From assembly GCA_965218285.1 (NCBI GenBank), contig OZ244616.1, positions 1,472,133-1,536,132 of the forward strand: a DNA stretch of 64,000 nucleotides. The letters run 5' to 3'. A model generated the notes under the pieces. That model searched no databases. It worked only from the letters and a program-made list of their open reading frames with translations, and was not told the DNA's origin. The stretch comes from Candidatus Poribacteria bacterium. GTDB taxonomy: Bacteria > Poribacteria > WGA-4E > WGA-3G. The stretch's first letter is position 1. Each line of letters begins with the position of its first letter. A program made the position numbers and the translations under genes. Shown piece after piece: positions 28,233-38,370 of this stretch.

Positions 28233-29228
28233 ATGCAAATCTTGGTGCTTGACATAGGTTGTTCATATTCGAAAGGTTATCTGTTCAATAATACGTTAGA
28301 CATCATAGCAGAATATAAATTGCCCACCGATATTACATCACCAAGGACGCTTGAGGCATGTGTCCGAGATATTTTGTCTAAGTTTAACAATTACACATAT
28401 CAGGCAATCTTTCCGCTTAGTTTCGGAGAAGGCGTTGTTTATAACAATGTGCTTTATGAACCTACCCATAATCGTGTGCCTTTATCTGAGGATCATTATG
28501 AGTTGACAGGCACACCAACGGATGTCAAGCGGGATATCGGTTCAGCATTTCAATCGCTTCTAACGTTTCCTTCCTATTCTGACGGACCAGCATTACCTGT
28601 TTCAACCTATATCGCATCTCGGCTTGCAAATGCTGAAATAAATACTTGGGATTTGACACACGCTGGCAATAGTGGTATGTTAAACTTTTCTCAGCGACGT
28701 TGGGCTGTTGAACTTCTTAAGAAATATCAATGTGAACCCTTACCTTTTTCTTCTGAATTCATGAGTTCAGCATCAATCATTGGGAACACAGAAAGCGGCG
28801 TTGCGGTCTTTGCTGGCGGGCATGATCATAGTTGTATCTCTGTGTTTAATCCGAAGCCAATTATCATTGCGGGGACATGGGTGGTGATCAGTCAGCCAGA
28901 AATTTCATTCTTACCGAGACAAGATGAGAAATTGGAGGGGATACGTTGGACGATTACAGCAAACGGTAGTTTTCACAAACAGGTCGTCAAAAAAGTTTCC
29001 AATCCAATTACTATTTCTGAAATGAATTACATCATTTCGCTGTATGAGTTGATGCAGGTTCCCGAAAAATCAGAGATATACGTTATCGGTGGATACGGTG
29101 AAAAACTGGCTCCTGAACTGGATAAACTGGACAGTCCTTTCCACTTCAATTCTCCACAAAAGGCAGAGGTGTACCAACATCGGCAAACAGCCAAATATGC
29201 ATTTAGAGCATTGGAACTTCAAACGTGA
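28233..29228 (+). CDS. ASKHA-superfamily sugar kinase-like protein, first gene of the polysaccharide locus.
   Basis: N-terminal phosphate-1 motif ILVLDIGCSYSKGYLF. The later Gly-rich segment VAVFAGGHDHS is read as the adenosine motif. The specificity is unknown. Confidence 0.35.
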   Translation: MQILVLDIGCSYSKGYLFNNTLDIIAEYKLPTDITSPRTLEACVRDILSKFNNYTYQAIFPLSFGEGVVYNNVLYEPTHNRVPLSEDHYELTGTPTDVKRDIGSAFQSLLTFPSYSDGPALPVSTYIASRLANAEINTWDLTHAGNSGMLNFSQRRWAVELLKKYQCEPLPFSSEFMSSASIIGNTESGVAVFAGGHDHSCISVFNPKPIIIAGTWVVISQPEISFLPRQDEKLEGIRWTITANGSFHKQVVKKVSNPITISEMNYIISLYELMQVPEKSEIYVIGGYGEKLAPELDKLDSPFHFNSPQKAEVYQHRQTAKYAFRALELQT

Positions 29229-29626
29229 AGACTGTTTTAATTACCGGTTGTTTTGATCTATTTCATTATGGACATCTAAAATTTTTTGAGGCATCGGCTG
29301 CATGTGGTGATCGCCTCGTGGTCGGTGTTGCTGAGGATGATACGGTTCGACGCGTTAAAGGTGAAAATAGACCTATCTATCCACTTGAACACCGTATCGC
29401 ACTGATAGAAGCCTGTCGGTATGTGGATGCTGTAGAAATCTTTTCTTTGGAGTCGCAGCTGGACTTAGTTGCTCAGGTATCACCCGATATTTGTGTTGAA
29501 GGGGCAGATGGAAATGCAAGACTTCGAGAGATACTCCAAGAACTAGGATTAGAAATTCCTGTCCAAACGGTTTATACAGATTATATCCATACAACAGACA
29601 TTGTCCAGAAGATCCTCAACGAATAG
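29225..29626 (+). CDS. Cytidylyl/adenylyltransferase of the HxGH nucleotidyltransferase family (TagD / RfaE domain II-like).
   Basis: VLITGCFDLFHYGHLKFF contains the (T/H)xGH motif. The 133-aa length fits the family. The start overlaps the upstream gene by 4 bp. Confidence 0.7.
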   Translation: MKTVLITGCFDLFHYGHLKFFEASAACGDRLVVGVAEDDTVRRVKGENRPIYPLEHRIALIEACRYVDAVEIFSLESQLDLVAQVSPDICVEGADGNARLREILQELGLEIPVQTVYTDYIHTTDIVQKILNE

Positions 29627-29739
29627 CGTTGGCATCCTGCAAATTCTCAACAACTGGATTTTTAACTTTTGCTAATCACTAAAATCAACAAGTCAAAATT
29701 CTGGTTATCATTATAGGACATTTGAGAGACTATTAGAAC

Positions 29740-31107
29740 TTGAAGTGGACTCGCGAGCATAACTCGTTCCAAAAGATAGGTAAATTAGTAGAAAAGTTGA
29801 GACATTCTCCAACTCGTTGGGTGATGCTAATTACCTTTACAGGAATGGCGTTAAGTCTCTTATTCCATGTATTAATTCCCAAACATCTTGGCGCAAGTGA
29901 AACAGCGGATGCTTTAATTGCTACATTAAAGGTAGTTCTATTAGTTGATACTGTACTCAGAGAAGGTGCTAAATTTAGTCTTGTTCCGCTATTTATAAAT
30001 GAAGAGCAGTCGAGAAGTCCAACCGAATTTCAACGTTTTACAAGCGGCATCTTAAATTTTTCACTCTGTGTTGGTGTGGTTTTCATGCTGCTAATAGAGG
30101 TGTTTGCAACAGGGATCGCAAACATCTTGTTATCAAATAGTTCAATGGTAGCAAGGGCGGAGATGGCAACCTTTTTGCGGTTGTGTGCGCCTTTAGTCAT
30201 CTTCGGTAGTGGAAGCACAATACTGGGGGCGTTTCTCAATAGTCAGAGACGTTTCAAAACTGTTGCCTTTCGAAACGCGCTTCCACCGGGGATTGCTACT
30301 TTAGTTTTCCTCCTGCTGTCAGGTGCGGAAAACCTCGCAAATTCTGTTGCGATAGCCTACGCATGCGGATTTATGATATACTTCGTATGGTTATCCATCG
30401 GCATGCACCGAACTGGATATCAATACCGAATAACGTGGGTCTCACTTGATGTGCTACGTTCATTGAAGAATACAGTCACACTGCCGACACTCGGTTTCGC
30501 AATCCGACAGATGACTGCTCGTTTGTTTGTTGAAGTGTTCTTAGTAGGGAAACTTGGAAAAGGCGCAATTACACTTTACAACAGTGCCTTTCGGATTTTT
30601 TCTGCGATACAGACGCTTATTGGGATAAGCATTGCAACAACAGGATTGCCTGATATGGCAGCAGATAACGCTGAAGAGAATAAACAAAAGTTGAGACAGA
30701 CACTATTACGCAACTTGCGAACTGTATTATACATCGCAGTCCCAATTACGTTGTTACTTTTATTGGGTTCAACAAAAATGGCGCATATCCTTTATGGAAG
30801 GGGTGAACTTGCTGACCGATCTGTTCAACAGATTGGTCAAATCCTTTTCTGTTTAAGCATTGGTACAGTATTTTCTTGTTTGATTCCTGTTCTAAACGCT
30901 GGACTCTATGCGCAAAAAGCGTATGGACTCATTTTTAGAAACATGGTCACAATGGCGGTTTTAAACTTCGTTGTGGCGTACGGACTTGTGACGGTATGGG
31001 AACTAACAGGAATTGCGATTGCTATTGTGGTTACTGCAGTTCTTGCCGTGGCAAATTTAGTCTTTCTACTTAGAAAAACGGGTGTTTCTCTATATTCAAA
31101 AGGTTGA
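29740..31107 (+). CDS. Polysaccharide flippase of the MOP superfamily (Wzx/MurJ-like) with multiple TM helices.
   Basis: Twelve or more predicted TM helices. The MVK/RPK-like N-terminal region is typical of MurJ/Wzx. It begins with TTG in the ORF track, so the true start may be the downstream M at 29824. Confidence 0.55.
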   Translation: MKWTREHNSFQKIGKLVEKLRHSPTRWVMLITFTGMALSLLFHVLIPKHLGASETADALIATLKVVLLVDTVLREGAKFSLVPLFINEEQSRSPTEFQRFTSGILNFSLCVGVVFMLLIEVFATGIANILLSNSSMVARAEMATFLRLCAPLVIFGSGSTILGAFLNSQRRFKTVAFRNALPPGIATLVFLLLSGAENLANSVAIAYACGFMIYFVWLSIGMHRTGYQYRITWVSLDVLRSLKNTVTLPTLGFAIRQMTARLFVEVFLVGKLGKGAITLYNSAFRIFSAIQTLIGISIATTGLPDMAADNAEENKQKLRQTLLRNLRTVLYIAVPITLLLLLGSTKMAHILYGRGELADRSVQQIGQILFCLSIGTVFSCLIPVLNAGLYAQKAYGLIFRNMVTMAVLNFVVAYGLVTVWELTGIAIAIVVTAVLAVANLVFLLRKTGVSLYSKG

Positions 31108-31278
31108 GAATTTGTTTTTAGGAATAGTAGAGATTAACGTGAGTTCGACTAATATTCTATTGTTGGATTTCGCTTCGCTCTACCGAACCTATGAACTGTT
31201 TTGAAGTTGTTCCGTTTGTAGTCGCGCAATTCACGTACCGTGGGCGTTCAAGGAGTCGTTTTAGATTTAGATGGGAAT

Positions 31279-32316
31279 ATGTTAACTTCAACAAAAAAGG
31301 TCAGTGACTACCAATATCTGATTGTTGGCGGAACAACAAAAGCTGCGACGACATCGTTGTTTGCCTATCTTGCCGACCATCCATCAATTTGTGCTGCATC
31401 CTACAAGGAAACGCGATTCTTTCTTGACACCGATTATCCACTGCCTTCAAAATTTCGTTTCAAAGGCGACGTTGAAGAATATAATTTGCTGTTTTCAGAA
31501 TGTGATGAAAACCAATTCAGACTTGAATCTACGCCAGACTATCTGTATTGTCCAGCTGCGCTTGAGAGAATGGCAAAGTTTCTGCCACACGCAAAGTTAA
31601 TTTTTAGCCTCCGTGAACCGATTTCGCGTTTGATTTCGTGGTACCGATTCGCAAAACAGATTGGAAGATTGCCACAAAACATGAGTTTTGACGGTTATGT
31701 CGAAGAACTCTTCAATGTTGTAGATGCAAAACCACCTGATAGTGGACAAGTTGCCTACTCGCAAAAAGAAAAGACACAACCCACCGAAGAAAATGCAGAC
31801 CAGGAGACAGAGGACACTAAGGATAATTTAGGGACTGAACAATATTTTCAAACGCTCCAACAAGGACGTTACGCTACCTACCTGAAACACTATCTTGAAC
31901 GTTTTGGAAAAGAGCGCATCTACACACTTTTTTATGAAGACCTTGCCGAAAACCCATTGAAAGTATTGAGTGATTTATGTCGTTTTGCTGATATAGAACC
32001 TGATTATTATGAGGATTACACATTTAAAGTTACAAACCGCACCGAGACTATGAGAAGTTCAGATTTTCATCAGAAATATAGAGCATTTAGATTTCAGGTG
32101 CGCCGATGGACACACAACAAACCAATAATTCATAAATCGTTACGTGTAATGCGGCGAGCAATTGAACCCCTCTATCTCCTTTTGAACACCCGCCCTGATG
32201 AAAACGTCTCTGTTTCTGAAAAGGCGCAAAGTCGTTTAATTGACTATTACAAACAAGATGTGGACGATCTAAGAGAATTGATTGGTAAACAACCACCATG
32301 GCAACCTTTTTTATAG
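31279..32316 (+). CDS. PAPS-dependent sulfotransferase (1 of 4 in the locus).
   Basis: 5'-PSB motif IVGGTTKAATTSL and a 3'-PB-like block SLREPISRLISWY. Start taken at the internal ATG; the ORF track starts at a GTG at 31240. Confidence 0.7.
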   Translation: MLTSTKKVSDYQYLIVGGTTKAATTSLFAYLADHPSICAASYKETRFFLDTDYPLPSKFRFKGDVEEYNLLFSECDENQFRLESTPDYLYCPAALERMAKFLPHAKLIFSLREPISRLISWYRFAKQIGRLPQNMSFDGYVEELFNVVDAKPPDSGQVAYSQKEKTQPTEENADQETEDTKDNLGTEQYFQTLQQGRYATYLKHYLERFGKERIYTLFYEDLAENPLKVLSDLCRFADIEPDYYEDYTFKVTNRTETMRSSDFHQKYRAFRFQVRRWTHNKPIIHKSLRVMRRAIEPLYLLLNTRPDENVSVSEKAQSRLIDYYKQDVDDLRELIGKQPPWQPFL

Positions 32317-32325
32317 GTAGACAAC

Positions 32326-33234
32326 TTGATAAAAAAATATCAAACTAAAAACATTCAACTGATGATTGTGGGTTCGCAGAAGTCAGGAACGTCTTCGCTA
32401 TTGCGCTACTTAGCACAGCATCCTGAAATCTACACACATCCCCAACCAGAGATGACTTTTTTTCTTCAAGACCATGAATATACGCGTGGTTATGAATCGG
32501 CGTTCGTAAAATATTTCTCAAAATGTCCACCAGAGAAACAGTTGATCGCCAAAAATGTTATGGTAATGTCTTCACAAGAAATTATGCAACGGATATATGA
32601 ACACAACCCTGAAATACACCTTGTCGTTCTGCTACGCGAGCCTGTGGCGCGCGCCTACTCTGCATACTGGTGGGCACGCCGCAGAGGATGGGAAAATATA
32701 AAATCGTTTGAAGATGCACTTGCAGCGGAAGAAACACGTCTGAATGAAAATTGGTTCAAATGGCGACAGTGTGCATATAAATTCAATAGCAACTACTACC
32801 CACATGTCAAAAACTTGATTACACAGTTCGGAGAAGATCAAGTGCACTGCATCTTAACAGATGAATTGAAAACCGATGCTGAAAAAGTGTGCCAACGTCT
32901 CTTCAACCTAATTGGTGTCAGTGTCGATTTTGAACCGATAGTAGGACAGCGACACAATCAAGCGGCGGTACCACGGTCTGAAAAATTCGGCTTTCTGTTT
33001 ACGCAATTTCTTGCATCTCGTAATCCGCTAAGGCGTGCAATTCGGAAACTTGTCCCAGATGCAGCTGCTTACAAACTCAGAAAAGCGGTTTTGGACTTAA
33101 ACGAGAAACCTTTTACGCCTCCGCCACTGAATCCGAAGACGCGAGAGGAATTAACCCACTATTTTAAACCATATAATGAGCAATTAGCAGAATTATTGGG
33201 ACAAGATCTAACACATTGGCAAACGTCTAATTGA
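32326..33234 (+). CDS. PAPS-dependent sulfotransferase (2 of 4).
   Basis: 5'-PSB motif IVGSQKSGTSSL and 3'-PB block VLLREPVARAYSAYWW. Confidence 0.75.
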   Translation: MIKKYQTKNIQLMIVGSQKSGTSSLLRYLAQHPEIYTHPQPEMTFFLQDHEYTRGYESAFVKYFSKCPPEKQLIAKNVMVMSSQEIMQRIYEHNPEIHLVVLLREPVARAYSAYWWARRRGWENIKSFEDALAAEETRLNENWFKWRQCAYKFNSNYYPHVKNLITQFGEDQVHCILTDELKTDAEKVCQRLFNLIGVSVDFEPIVGQRHNQAAVPRSEKFGFLFTQFLASRNPLRRAIRKLVPDAAAYKLRKAVLDLNEKPFTPPPLNPKTREELTHYFKPYNEQLAELLGQDLTHWQTSN

Positions 33235-33243
33235 CATTGAACG

Positions 33244-34617
33244 TTGATTAACCGCTTAATAATTGATATGGCAATACTTTATTTTCTCACCGGATACTTT
33301 GCTTTTGAAGAGTTTGTGCTGAAGTTTTTACCTGTCAGCGATTCAGTCTATTCTTATTTAAGATTCTTAGGCGAAATTCTCATTTATGCTGCGTTCGGAA
33401 GGCTTGTTTTCCACAAACTATACAAAGGTATTCCGTTTGTCAAAACTCCCATAGATTTGCCGGTGATAGGCTTCTACATTGTGGTTTTCCTGTCAATAGT
33501 GATAAACCGTTCCCCGCTAATTGGAAGTTTATACAATATCCGTCCACTTGCCCGTTACATCGTACTTTTTTACCTTATTGTTAATTCCCCGCTATCCAAA
33601 CAACGGATTACCACCCTTTTGCGGATAATTTTAGGTATCGGTATAATCCAGATCGGGATAGGTTTAATCCAGTGGCATGGCGGTCCTACCTTATATGATT
33701 TATTCTTACCTCGTGCTTCCACACTTGAGGTCGCGGGGTTCACCAAAGAATATAGGTTACTTGAAATCGGCAGGGAAATCGGCAGCATCTATGGCACATT
33801 AGGCGATACCGTGATCTACGGTGTCTTCATGATTGTTATCCTTGTCATCTTTTTATCGCGTATCAAGCGACTTGAGTATCTGAATTTACTTGGTATAGCA
33901 ATACTATTGATGTTTATTGCACGTTCCTATTCACGGGCAGCAACATTTTCTGCGCTGCTTGCTTGTGTTGTGTGGTACTTTTTTCAATACGGATGGAAAA
34001 AAACACTCCGTATATCTCTGATATGCTTATTGATTTTCAGCGTTGTCTTAGCAATACTGAATCCGTTTGAATTGGATTACGTTAATCCCCGTAAAGCCAA
34101 GGTTGGACTTGTGGGTAACGTTACAGGTGTTTTTTCGGGTTCTTATGTGAAGGTTGCACAAAAGCAGCGTCTCGGTGCTCTAATTGGGAATGTTCCCACA
34201 GTCCTTGCGAACAAACCGATTTTAGGGTACGGTGCTGACCAAAACACCACGATTGAAAAACTCAACAAGAGTAAACGTACTTTTTTGCTAAAAATACTTA
34301 GTAAGAAGGGATTTAAAGATGTGTATTGGGTTGCAATTCTCTGTTTCTATGGCGTGTTAGGATTAGGGTTGTTCATGTTCATATTTTACCGACTCTTTAT
34401 GGCATCATTGAAACTTTACAAGCGGACATTAAGTAAATTTACAAAAGAGATGGCGATGGTAATGCTTTGTCTTGTCGTTGTCACTATGTTTCTGCTCTTT
34501 TTCAACAGGACACTTGAATTTCGTGGATACGGTTTCTACTTTTGGATGTGTGCTGGCTTAATGTTCGCAAGTGATAGTTCAATACAAACTTACAAAAGAA
34601 TACGAATAACTCTATGA
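33244..34617 (+). CDS. Polytopic membrane protein, O-antigen ligase / Wzy polymerase-like.
   Basis: Ten or more TM helices with a central periplasmic loop. The position between sulfotransferases and a glycoside hydrolase in a wzx-type locus supports the assignment. Confidence 0.4.
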   Translation: MINRLIIDMAILYFLTGYFAFEEFVLKFLPVSDSVYSYLRFLGEILIYAAFGRLVFHKLYKGIPFVKTPIDLPVIGFYIVVFLSIVINRSPLIGSLYNIRPLARYIVLFYLIVNSPLSKQRITTLLRIILGIGIIQIGIGLIQWHGGPTLYDLFLPRASTLEVAGFTKEYRLLEIGREIGSIYGTLGDTVIYGVFMIVILVIFLSRIKRLEYLNLLGIAILLMFIARSYSRAATFSALLACVVWYFFQYGWKKTLRISLICLLIFSVVLAILNPFELDYVNPRKAKVGLVGNVTGVFSGSYVKVAQKQRLGALIGNVPTVLANKPILGYGADQNTTIEKLNKSKRTFLLKILSKKGFKDVYWVAILCFYGVLGLGLFMFIFYRLFMASLKLYKRTLSKFTKEMAMVMLCLVVVTMFLLFFNRTLEFRGYGFYFWMCAGLMFASDSSIQTYKRIRITL

Positions 34618-36239
34618 GAATTAAGAACCCCGAGCGATCTGAGAAAAAGAACTCTTATCTACCTAAACTCTTCCTAATTTGCAGCCTAATTGTGGTATGT
34701 GTGCTATCCTTTATACTAATTAGAGGGTGTGAAAAGAAGGAGCCAATTTCCGATACTGTGCGATTAGAAATTGATACAAAAACCACAACGCCATTAAGAA
34801 AAGAACTCTACGGTTTCAATACGAACATGATCAGTGGGGATTACGGCTATCTTGATACAGATTTTATTGCTTTAACAAATGTGCTTCAACCGAAGACACT
34901 ACGTTTTCCCGGCGGAACAGTAGGCAATTTCTATCATTGGAAAACTGCGGGTTTCCTTGAAAATGAAATGACAACAACTCTTAGTTCTCAACTTAATAAA
35001 CGGAACAAGGGAAATTACGTTAAACTTCAAAAGCGGCGAAATGGAAAAATCTCTTTTGACGATTTTATGCAGCTGTGCAATGACTTAAGCATAACGCCAA
35101 TTGTAGTTGTCAACTTGTGGACCGGGAGTCCTGATGAAAGCGCAGCGTGGGTTCGCTATTCCAAAGAGATGGGATACGACGTTAATCACTGGGAACTTGG
35201 AAATGAGTACTATTTGGAACAATATGCCAACAAATTCCCTACTGCTGAAACCTATATGAAGGTAGCCAAAGAACACGCATTAGCAATGAAAGCGGTGAAT
35301 CCTGATATAAAGGTTTCTGTGTGTGCATCACCTATAGCATTCCACAGAGAAGGATGGCTGAAAAAGATAGCACAACGCAAATGGGATGAAAAGTTGGCTG
35401 AGGACAGTACTTCTTCAACGACTCACTGGTATGATGCTTATACTGTTCATGTCTACGCCTATAAAACTGTAAAGAAAGTTGAAATAGAAGAGATGCGAGG
35501 TTACCTCTTTGGTTGGATTCACAATGAATTTGAAGAGGCACTGGATTACTATCAAAAGTTATTTCCAAATAAAGAGATGTGGGTGACAGAATGGAATATA
35601 GCGAACCCTGCTAATCGTGTAGCTAACACACAACTTCACGCAATGTACGCAGGCGATTTTTTTCTTAGAATGCTTAGTAAACCGAACATAACCCAAGCAA
35701 ACTTTCATGTAATTGCGGGGCCGGGCAAAGGCTTCCCTGTCTTTTCACCAATTACCCCTCCATCACAACGTACCTTTTGGAAATATGGTGGTGAACCCGA
35801 ATCTGATTATGGCGACACAATTCGCCGCACTGTATACTTCTCTTTTCAATTAATTGGCGAGGCTTTTAAAGTGTCAGATACGCAGTTTGATGTTTCGCTA
35901 CCAAATCTGCCGATGTTTGAGGGAGGATTGGATTATAAAGGCAAGCAGATGCCCGGAATACAAGTTCAAGCCATCGGAAACACAGAAAACGTCTTCATTC
36001 TTGTAAGTAATCGAACAGGCACCGATCTCACGCCACAACTCTTTATTGATGAAAAACGAATGAATAGTGAAATAAACTATCGTTATGTTGCCAATGAACA
36101 ACTCACAGCAACGAATGGCGGCAATGCTGAGATGGAAGGTTCTGGAAAAATTGAGGTAGAAATCCAAGATTGGATTGGAAATGCGAAAGAACTAACAATT
36201 CCAAAAAACAGTTTTGGCGTGCTTGAGGTCAGAAAGTGA
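34614..36239 (+). CDS. Clan GH-A glycoside hydrolase (GH39/GH30/GH79-like).
   Basis: Catalytic acid motif WELGNEYY on beta-strand 4 and nucleophile region VTEWNIA (Glu on strand 7). Signal/TM N-terminus. Confidence 0.6.
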   Translation: MRIKNPERSEKKNSYLPKLFLICSLIVVCVLSFILIRGCEKKEPISDTVRLEIDTKTTTPLRKELYGFNTNMISGDYGYLDTDFIALTNVLQPKTLRFPGGTVGNFYHWKTAGFLENEMTTTLSSQLNKRNKGNYVKLQKRRNGKISFDDFMQLCNDLSITPIVVVNLWTGSPDESAAWVRYSKEMGYDVNHWELGNEYYLEQYANKFPTAETYMKVAKEHALAMKAVNPDIKVSVCASPIAFHREGWLKKIAQRKWDEKLAEDSTSSTTHWYDAYTVHVYAYKTVKKVEIEEMRGYLFGWIHNEFEEALDYYQKLFPNKEMWVTEWNIANPANRVANTQLHAMYAGDFFLRMLSKPNITQANFHVIAGPGKGFPVFSPITPPSQRTFWKYGGEPESDYGDTIRRTVYFSFQLIGEAFKVSDTQFDVSLPNLPMFEGGLDYKGKQMPGIQVQAIGNTENVFILVSNRTGTDLTPQLFIDEKRMNSEINYRYVANEQLTATNGGNAEMEGSGKIEVEIQDWIGNAKELTIPKNSFGVLEVRK

Positions 36240-37261
36240 ATGTAGAAAAAATGCTTTTTGTCGTCGGTAACAGTCGAAGTGGAACAACGATGATGGGGCG
36301 TATTTTGGGAAATCACCCAGACGTTTTTACTTTTGGTGAACTCCATTTTTTTGGACAATTATGGTCACCCGCGTTTCCATCCGAGTTAAATATGTCAGAA
36401 GCAGAAGAATTGGCTTCTAAACTGTTCTGCATTCAACGTGAAGGCTATCGCAAACAAGGAAATTCAAAAAGTTTTCTTGAAGATGCGCGAAAATTCTGTG
36501 AGACTTTGTCTGATTTTCCGTTAGCACCAACAGAACTTTTTTCTGCGTTCTTGCGTTATGAGGCATTGCTGAACGGTAAAACTATCCCTTGTGACCAGAC
36601 ACCGCGCAATGTCTTTTATATTGATGAAATTCTGAAATTCTATCCGCAAGCTAAAATAATAAATATGATTCGTGACCCACGTGATGTGCTTTTATCCCAA
36701 AAGCGCAAATGGAAACGTCGATTTCTTGGCGGCACAGATTTACCCATCAAGGAAAGTTTCCGAGATTGGATTAACTATCATCCTATCACGATCAGTCGAA
36801 TTTGGCACACAGCAGTTGCTGCTGCAGATAGATTTTCTAATAATGACAATGTTCTTTCAATATATTTTGAACAACTTCTTGCAAACCCCGAAACCACTGT
36901 TGAAAATATCTGTAAATTTGTAGATATGGACTATTCAACCGACCTACTTCGGGTACCACAAGTAGGTTCGTCTGTTAACGAAGACAACGTTGAAACACTT
37001 GGCATAAATCCAAATCGCGCTGGCAACTGGAACGAAAGCAATGTTAATGCAAGTAAACTTAATTCGTCAGAAATATACATTAGCCAAAAACTAAATGGAA
37101 CCTTGATGAAAAAGCACAACTATGATCCCATTTTAATTCGTCCTAACATCTTTAGTTTGTTGGTTAATTTGGTCTCATTCCCGATAAAATTAACGTTAGC
37201 ATTTCTCTGTAACCTTGACAGGATTAAGAATATCCGAGAAACCTTAAGAAGACGTTTGTAA
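36236..37261 (+). CDS. PAPS-dependent sulfotransferase (3 of 4).
   Basis: 5'-PSB VVGNSRSGTTMM. 3'-PB MIRDPRDVLLSQ. Confidence 0.75.
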   Translation: MNVEKMLFVVGNSRSGTTMMGRILGNHPDVFTFGELHFFGQLWSPAFPSELNMSEAEELASKLFCIQREGYRKQGNSKSFLEDARKFCETLSDFPLAPTELFSAFLRYEALLNGKTIPCDQTPRNVFYIDEILKFYPQAKIINMIRDPRDVLLSQKRKWKRRFLGGTDLPIKESFRDWINYHPITISRIWHTAVAAADRFSNNDNVLSIYFEQLLANPETTVENICKFVDMDYSTDLLRVPQVGSSVNEDNVETLGINPNRAGNWNESNVNASKLNSSEIYISQKLNGTLMKKHNYDPILIRPNIFSLLVNLVSFPIKLTLAFLCNLDRIKNIRETLRRRL

Positions 37262-37298
37262 GGAATTAGACTATTCCAAAGGTTTTTACTTAAAATAC

Positions 37299-38300
37299 AT
37301 GATTGCCCAGCTTAATTCACGCTACATCAAAACGCGACCAACAAAAGCACTAACTCGGCTTATTAGTTATGCCTTCTTTGAAGGACGTCCCGCAACTACA
37401 AAGGGACGATGGATTAACCCGCTTGTATTTTCTTTTCTAAAAAGTGTGTCGTCAAGTAAGAGACAATTCAAACCTGTTGAAAAACCGATCTTTATTTTGG
37501 GGACAGGTCGGAGCGGGACGACAATCCTTGGCATGATCCTCTCAATGCATCAAGATGTCGGCTATCTAAATGAACCGAAGGCGATATGGCACCTTATCCA
37601 TCCACAAGAAGATGTCATCGGTAGTTATAGTAAGGATAAAGGGATGTACCGTCTGACATCTGAAGATGTTACCGATGAAATGTGTCTACGCGCGGAACGG
37701 TTGTTCGGGGCTTATTTAAGCACCACATTTTCGCAACGCGTTGTAGACAAATACCCTGAACTTATTTTTAGAGTTGATTTTGTGCGTGCCCTTTTCCCTG
37801 ATGCACGTTTTATCTTTTTAGTCCGAAATGGATGGGATACATGCCATTCCATTGCTGCCTGGTCCGAACGACTTGGCGTTCAAGTCAATGGTGAAACGCA
37901 TGATTGGTGGGGTGTGAATAACCGTAAATGGCAGCTATTGGTGGAGCAATTAGTTGCCACAGACGTTGACTTGAAAGACATCGTCGAAGATGTGAAAAAT
38001 TGTGATCGGCATCTGGATAGAGCCGTTATTGAATGGATTGTGACAATGCGTGAAGGTCTAAATGTAAAACAAAACTTCCCTGATTGTACCTACACAGTTC
38101 GTTTTGAAGAGTTGACCACAAAGCCTGAGGAAACGCTGTCGCTTCTATGTGAGTTCTGCGAATTGCCGATAGACAAAACTTTTCTGGATTATGCGCGGCA
38201 TACCTTACATCCGGTGCCACCCAGAGTCCCGTTTGATTTACACCCAAAGATCGCACCTATTTTTAATGACACGATGAAGAGATTAGGATATAATAGTTAG
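37299..38300 (+). CDS. PAPS-dependent sulfotransferase (4 of 4).
   Basis: 5'-PSB ILGTGRSGTTIL. 3'-PB LVRNGWDTCHS. Confidence 0.75.
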   Translation: MIAQLNSRYIKTRPTKALTRLISYAFFEGRPATTKGRWINPLVFSFLKSVSSSKRQFKPVEKPIFILGTGRSGTTILGMILSMHQDVGYLNEPKAIWHLIHPQEDVIGSYSKDKGMYRLTSEDVTDEMCLRAERLFGAYLSTTFSQRVVDKYPELIFRVDFVRALFPDARFIFLVRNGWDTCHSIAAWSERLGVQVNGETHDWWGVNNRKWQLLVEQLVATDVDLKDIVEDVKNCDRHLDRAVIEWIVTMREGLNVKQNFPDCTYTVRFEELTTKPEETLSLLCEFCELPIDKTFLDYARHTLHPVPPRVPFDLHPKIAPIFNDTMKRLGYNS

Positions 38301-38370
38301 CGAGTGTGCCTATAACAATTGTTGTTTCTTCGGTAAAAGACACTTTCACTAAAAAAGGAACCATTCTATT